Made by a program: the position numbers and the translations under genes. 64,000 nucleotides of DNA from Desulfomicrobium sp. GTDB taxonomy: Bacteria; Desulfobacterota; Desulfovibrionia; Desulfovibrionales; Desulfomicrobiaceae. Location: contig JAXGMI010000001.1 of the NCBI GenBank assembly GCA_040768745.1, positions 1,760,001-1,824,000 on the forward strand. Direction: 5' to 3'. This document shows, piece by piece, positions 60,154 to 64,000 of the stretch (the stretch's first letter is position 1; every line of letters starts with the position of its first letter). The notes below the pieces were generated by a model. It worked only from the letters and a program-made list of their open reading frames with translations. It was not told the origin of the DNA and did not search any database.

Positions 60154-62598
60154 TCAGGCGGCAACCGTTGGCTGGTACAGGAATTTCTGGAACCCGACAA
60201 AGATCTTGTTGATCTCCTCCACCTGGCCCAGATCGGCCATGGCATCCTTGAGCGAGTTGCCATAGCGCAGCCGCAAGAGAGGCGTCAGTTTCGTCTGGTC
60301 CAGTTCTTCCACTCCGACGTTCACGTAGTGTCCGAGCACAAAGTCCAGGAAAGCCTGCTGCTTGCTGTTGAAGCGCTGCTGGATGCTGATTCTGGCCCTG
60401 GCCGCTCTTTCTTCCCGCGTCAACGGCACATCGGCGTAGGCCACATGGGCCAGCACGTCGAAGATGTCGCACTTTTCAGCGTCGATGATCTTCTGCATTT
60501 CAGCGAGCTGTTCCTTGCCAAAGCCTTTTTCCGCCAGACCGTCCAGGAGTCTGCGCCGGGTGTCCGGAACGCTCCAGATGCTGCGCAGTTCGTCCTCGTC
60601 CTGGAAGAATTCCGGCAGTCTCCCGAAGAGCGCCTCCATGAACTGCGCGGCGGACATGGGCGTTCCGTCCGGGTGCCAGAAGCTCGTGGCCACCATGTGC
60701 TGGATGGTGCGCTCCTTTCCGTCGGCCAGCTTGATCCTGGCCCTTTTCACGCATGTGCACGGGCGCTGTCCGCATTTGGGGCATGGGTCCTTGGGGCATA
60801 CGCAAGGCTGCTGCCCACACTCCGAACAGGGCGGCTTGGGGCAGACGCATGGTTGCTCGCCGCAGGTCAGACACGGGGCCGGGCGCTCCTTGACGCAGAC
60901 GCAGGGGTATTTGCCACAGATCGTGCAGGGTTCGGGCTCAACGGGTTCTCCGTCCCATTCGGGATCGTTGAAGTGGTGATGGGCCTCCACGAAGTCGTAA
61001 ATCGTGAAGTAGTCCTTGCCGTCGTACAGGCGCGTGCCGCGTCCGATGATCTGCTTGAACTCGATCATGGAATTGATGGGCCGCATGAGCACGATGTTGC
61101 GGATGTTGCGGGCATCCACGCCGGTGGACAATTTCTGCGAGGTGGTCAGGACCGTGGGGATGGTCTTTTCGTTGTCCTGGAAGGCCCGCAGGTGCTGCTC
61201 GCCGAGCACCCCGTCATCGGCCGTGACGCGCTGGCAATAGTTCGGGTCCCCGTAGGACTTGAGCTGGTTGACCAGATCGCGCACGGCCAGGGCGTGGTCC
61301 TGGTTCGCGCAAAAAACCAGGGTCTTCTCGCGCTGGTCCATGAGGGACATGAAAATTTCGACCCGTTTCTTCTCCCGCGCCCTGATTTCGATGATGCGGT
61401 TGAAATCCGCCTCCCCGTAGATCTTTCCGTCCTCGATCTCCCCTTCGATCAGCGTGTCGTCGGACGTGTACACGTATTCGTCCAGCGTGGTGGCGATCTG
61501 CTTGACGCGGAACGGTGTGAGGAATCCGTCGTTGATGCCGTCCTTGAGCGAGTAGATGAAGACCGGGTCGCCGAAATAGGCGTAGGTGTCGGCGTTGATG
61601 TCCCGCTTGGGCGTGGCAGTCAGGCCGAGTTGCACGGCCGGGGCGAAGTATTCCAGGATGCCGCGCCATCTGCTTTCGTCCCTGGCGCCGCCGCGATGGC
61701 ATTCGTCGATGACGATGAAATCGAAGAAGTCGGGAGGGTAGTCCCCGAAATAGGGGCTCGGTACTCCGCCTGTCGGCGGTCCGCACATGAAGGTCTGGAA
61801 GATGGTGAAGAAGATATTGCCGTTCTTGGGCACCTTGCCTTTCTTCCTGATCTCGTCCGGTGCGATGCGTACCAGAGCGTCCTCGGCAAATGCGGAAAAT
61901 GCATTGTAGGCCTGATCCGCCAGAATGTTGCGGTCGGCCAGGAACAGGATGCGCGGCCTGCGGCTCGGCACCCCGTCCTGTCGCCAATCCTGCAGGTTCC
62001 AGCGGCTGTGGAAAAGCTTCCAGGCGATCTGGAAGGCGATGAAGGTCTTGCCCGTGCCTGTGGCCAGCGTCAGCAGGATGCGGTCCCGGCCGTCGGCCAT
62101 GGCGGACAGGACCCGCTCAACGGCGATGTCCTGATAGTACCGGCCCTGAAAGTATCCGCCGCGGTCCTCGAAGGGCACGGCCTTGAATCGGTCCCGCCAG
62201 AGATTCTGCACGGCGAAGGTCCGCCCCCAGAGTTCTTCCGGCGTGGGATAGGCGGATATTTCGGCCTCGCTGCCCGTTTCCATGTCCACGGCATAGATGC
62301 CCTGTCCGTTGGTGGAGTACGTGAAGCGCACGGCCAGCTTGTCGGCGTAGTCCTTGGCTTGGGCCAGCCCTTCGGTCAGCGCCTTGTCCCAGGCCTTGGC
62401 CTCCACCACGGCCAGCTTGGTGTTGCGGTATTCAAGGACGTAATCGGCCGTGAGAGCCTTGGCCCGCTTTCCCGCACCCTGGATGCGCCCCATGGTGATG
62501 GGATACTCGGGCCGGATGCGACTGCCTTCGAGCACGCCCCAGCCGGCGGCCTTGAGGGCCGGGTCTATGTGCAGGAGGCGGGTTTCGGCTTCGTTCAT
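60154..62598 (-). CDS. hsdR: Type I restriction endonuclease R subunit (EcoAI/EcoEI-like) with Cys-rich insert
   Basis: ADY...VVEAK nuclease motif, RYYQ, ATGTGKT, DECHR, GLTATP, STGVD, FKQIIGRGTR, EcoEI-type C-terminus. Confidence 0.93.
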   Translation of the reverse strand: MNEAETRLLHIDPALKAAGWGVLEGSRIRPEYPITMGRIQGAGKRAKALTADYVLEYRNTKLAVVEAKAWDKALTEGLAQAKDYADKLAVRFTYSTNGQGIYAVDMETGSEAEISAYPTPEELWGRTFAVQNLWRDRFKAVPFEDRGGYFQGRYYQDIAVERVLSAMADGRDRILLTLATGTGKTFIAFQIAWKLFHSRWNLQDWRQDGVPSRRPRILFLADRNILADQAYNAFSAFAEDALVRIAPDEIRKKGKVPKNGNIFFTIFQTFMCGPPTGGVPSPYFGDYPPDFFDFIVIDECHRGGARDESRWRGILEYFAPAVQLGLTATPKRDINADTYAYFGDPVFIYSLKDGINDGFLTPFRVKQIATTLDEYVYTSDDTLIEGEIEDGKIYGEADFNRIIEIRAREKKRVEIFMSLMDQREKTLVFCANQDHALAVRDLVNQLKSYGDPNYCQRVTADDGVLGEQHLRAFQDNEKTIPTVLTTSQKLSTGVDARNIRNIVLMRPINSMIEFKQIIGRGTRLYDGKDYFTIYDFVEAHHHFNDPEWDGEPVEPEPCTICGKYPCVCVKERPAPCLTCGEQPCVCPKPPCSECGQQPCVCPKDPCPKCGQRPCTCVKRARIKLADGKERTIQHMVATSFWHPDGTPMSAAQFMEALFGRLPEFFQDEDELRSIWSVPDTRRRLLDGLAEKGFGKEQLAEMQKIIDAEKCDIFDVLAHVAYADVPLTREERAARARISIQQRFNSKQQAFLDFVLGHYVNVGVEELDQTKLTPLLRLRYGNSLKDAMADLGQVEEINKIFVGFQKFLYQPTVAA
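60751..60930 (-). repeat. Four tandem CxxCGxxPCxC repeats inside HsdR
   Basis: CTICGKYPCVC, CLTCGEQPCVC, CSECGQQPCVC, CPKCGQRPCTC. Confidence 0.9.
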
Positions 62599-62599
62599 T

Positions 62600-63580
62600 T
62601 CAGGCCCCCGGCGACAGCATGTTCATGATGAGTTGGATGATCGCCTCTTTCTGGGCAGGGTCGGATTCCGCCACCAGCAGAGCCAGAGCTGCCAACCCCA
62701 TATCGTTGAACACCGGGGCGCCGTGGTTGTCGAACAGCCGTTGGTTACGATTGAGGAAGTCCACAAACAGGAAGGCCCCGCTTCGCTTGTTGCCGTCGGC
62801 AAAAGGGTGATTCTTGATGACGAAATAGAGCAGATGCGCGGCCTTGGCTTCGATGCTGGGGTAGGCGGGTTCACCGAACACGGTTTGCTCGAGATTACCC
62901 AGCAGGGCGGCCAACCCGTCGCCCCGCTCCTGTGCAAAGAGCGCGGTAGCCTCGCTTCGTCCGACCAGATCCGTCTTCAGAGCGGCCAGCATCTGCCGGG
63001 CCTCCTCCACGGTTGGCAATGCTCCTCCCGACTGCTGGCGCGGTTCGGTCAGCAAGCCTTGGTCGTAGCGTTGGAGGAGGAGAAAAGTCTGGGTGTAGCG
63101 GGCGATGATGTCCACCAGACCGCGTCCGGCATCAACCGCAAACATGGGACTTTGGGCGGCTTTTTTAGCCAGTTGCAGCGTTGCTTCCAGCGCCTTGGCG
63201 TTTGTTTCAAAACGCTTACGGTTCAGGGCGAAATCACGGGTTAGATACCCTCGTAAAACACGGGTCGCCCATTGCCGAAAACGGGTGGCGCGGGCGGAAT
63301 TAACCCGATAACCTACGGAAATCACTGCATCCAAGTTGTAGTGGTCAATGCGTCGAGTGACCTGCCTGGCTCCTTCCCGTTGAACTGTTTCCTTTTTGGA
63401 AACGGTTGCCCCCCGCTCCAATTCGCCGCTGGTGTAAATATTTTTGAGATGTTTCGAGATGGCTGCTTTTTGCACTGCAAACAGCAGGGCCATATGTTCC
63501 TGCGAAATCCAGAGGGTGTCCTGCTCCAACAGCACCTCTATTGAACTCGTCTCATCTTGGTAAATGGCTATCTCGCTCAT
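62600..63580 (-). CDS. RhuM-like domain fused to Fic/Doc domain
   Basis: DTLW.SQ..MA.LF, ISKHLKNIY..GEL, YNLDAVISVGYRVNS.RATRFR.WA; C-terminal NHPFADGNKR. Confidence 0.88.
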   Translation of the reverse strand: MSEIAIYQDETSSIEVLLEQDTLWISQEHMALLFAVQKAAISKHLKNIYTSGELERGATVSKKETVQREGARQVTRRIDHYNLDAVISVGYRVNSARATRFRQWATRVLRGYLTRDFALNRKRFETNAKALEATLQLAKKAAQSPMFAVDAGRGLVDIIARYTQTFLLLQRYDQGLLTEPRQQSGGALPTVEEARQMLAALKTDLVGRSEATALFAQERGDGLAALLGNLEQTVFGEPAYPSIEAKAAHLLYFVIKNHPFADGNKRSGAFLFVDFLNRNQRLFDNHGAPVFNDMGLAALALLVAESDPAQKEAIIQLIMNMLSPGA

Positions 63581-63592
63581 AACATCCGGCCG

Positions 63593-64000
63593 TTACAGGT
63601 TTCCGCTAAAAGCTTGGTGCAGCAGGGATTGCTTCAATGCCTCCAGCGCGGTGAGTTTGCGCTCGTAGATGTGGGCGAGGCGTTGGGTTTCTTCCATCAA
63701 AGCGTCTAGTTTTTCCACGGCTTGCTGCTGTTTTCTCAACGCAACCTTTGGAACGACGAAACTGCGAAGAAGTTTCAATGAAACGGTCTTTTGTGCTGTA
63801 CCTGTCGCGCCGTCGTTTGCCTGTTTGAACAACTGTGGAGACAGGAGGAGATAGTAAAGCCACGCGCTACTTGTCTCTGGCTTCGGGCGAATAAGCCCAA
63901 TATGCCGCTGGAAGCAAAACTCGCTATCGTCGCGCACCATGACGGGGATTCCGAATGAACCGGTGACAGTGTAAAGCAGGTCACCCTGCCGAGGCTTCTT
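63593..64000 (-). CDS. hsdS: Type I R-M specificity subunit, C-terminal part (5' end outside window)
   Basis: GDLLYT..GS.G, FQRHIGLIRP, GATGTAQ TRD features, then conserved helix ..LKQSLLHQAFSG.L; frame open to window end. Confidence 0.88.
   Translation of the reverse strand, partial: KKPRQGDLLYTVTGSFGIPVMVRDDSEFCFQRHIGLIRPKPETSSAWLYYLLLSPQLFKQANDGATGTAQKTVSLKLLRSFVVPKVALRKQQQAVEKLDALMEETQRLAHIYERKLTALEALKQSLLHQAFSGNL

Noticed and set aside
60328..62628. 766-aa plus-strand ORF
   Set aside because: Antisense shadow of hsdR in GC-rich DNA; no motifs or RBS

Overview
Mostly core chromosome of a GC-rich sulfate-reducer-like deltaproteobacterium (Desulfomicrobium/Desulfovibrionales-like; inferred from gene content and order, not from a search). 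It carries RNA-modification genes (tlyA, trmH, truC-like, trmI, queH), aroC, rubrerythrin divergent from two Hsp20 genes, a DmeF-type metal exporter with a His-rich MarR regulator, an rne/rng-queH-hemW-DEAD-box operon, mreBCD-mrdA-rodA, atpF'FHAGDC (no a or c subunits), glmU-zapB-zapA-6S RNA-rny-ymdB-tyrS-ubiA-like-thrC, lysS-lolCE-lolD-bamA-skp-lpxD-fabZ-lpxA-lpxI and hom-apgM. After two tRNA-Ser genes (about 59.9-60.1 kb) an accessory defence locus begins: a type I restriction-modification operon (hsdS, a RhuM/Fic-Doc gene, hsdR) whose HsdR carries a 4x CxxCGxxPCxC cysteine repeat. The best leads are this HsdR insert, the Doc-type Fic gene embedded in the R-M operon, an AdcR-like MarR with a repeated candidate operator, two enzyme homologues lacking their catalytic Cys (TrpF-like, exported isochorismatase-like), an MBL gene frameshifted at a G8 tract and a probable alternative homoserine kinase. 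No CRISPR array, IS element or integrase is visible. All calls come from reading motifs by eye; no database searches were run.
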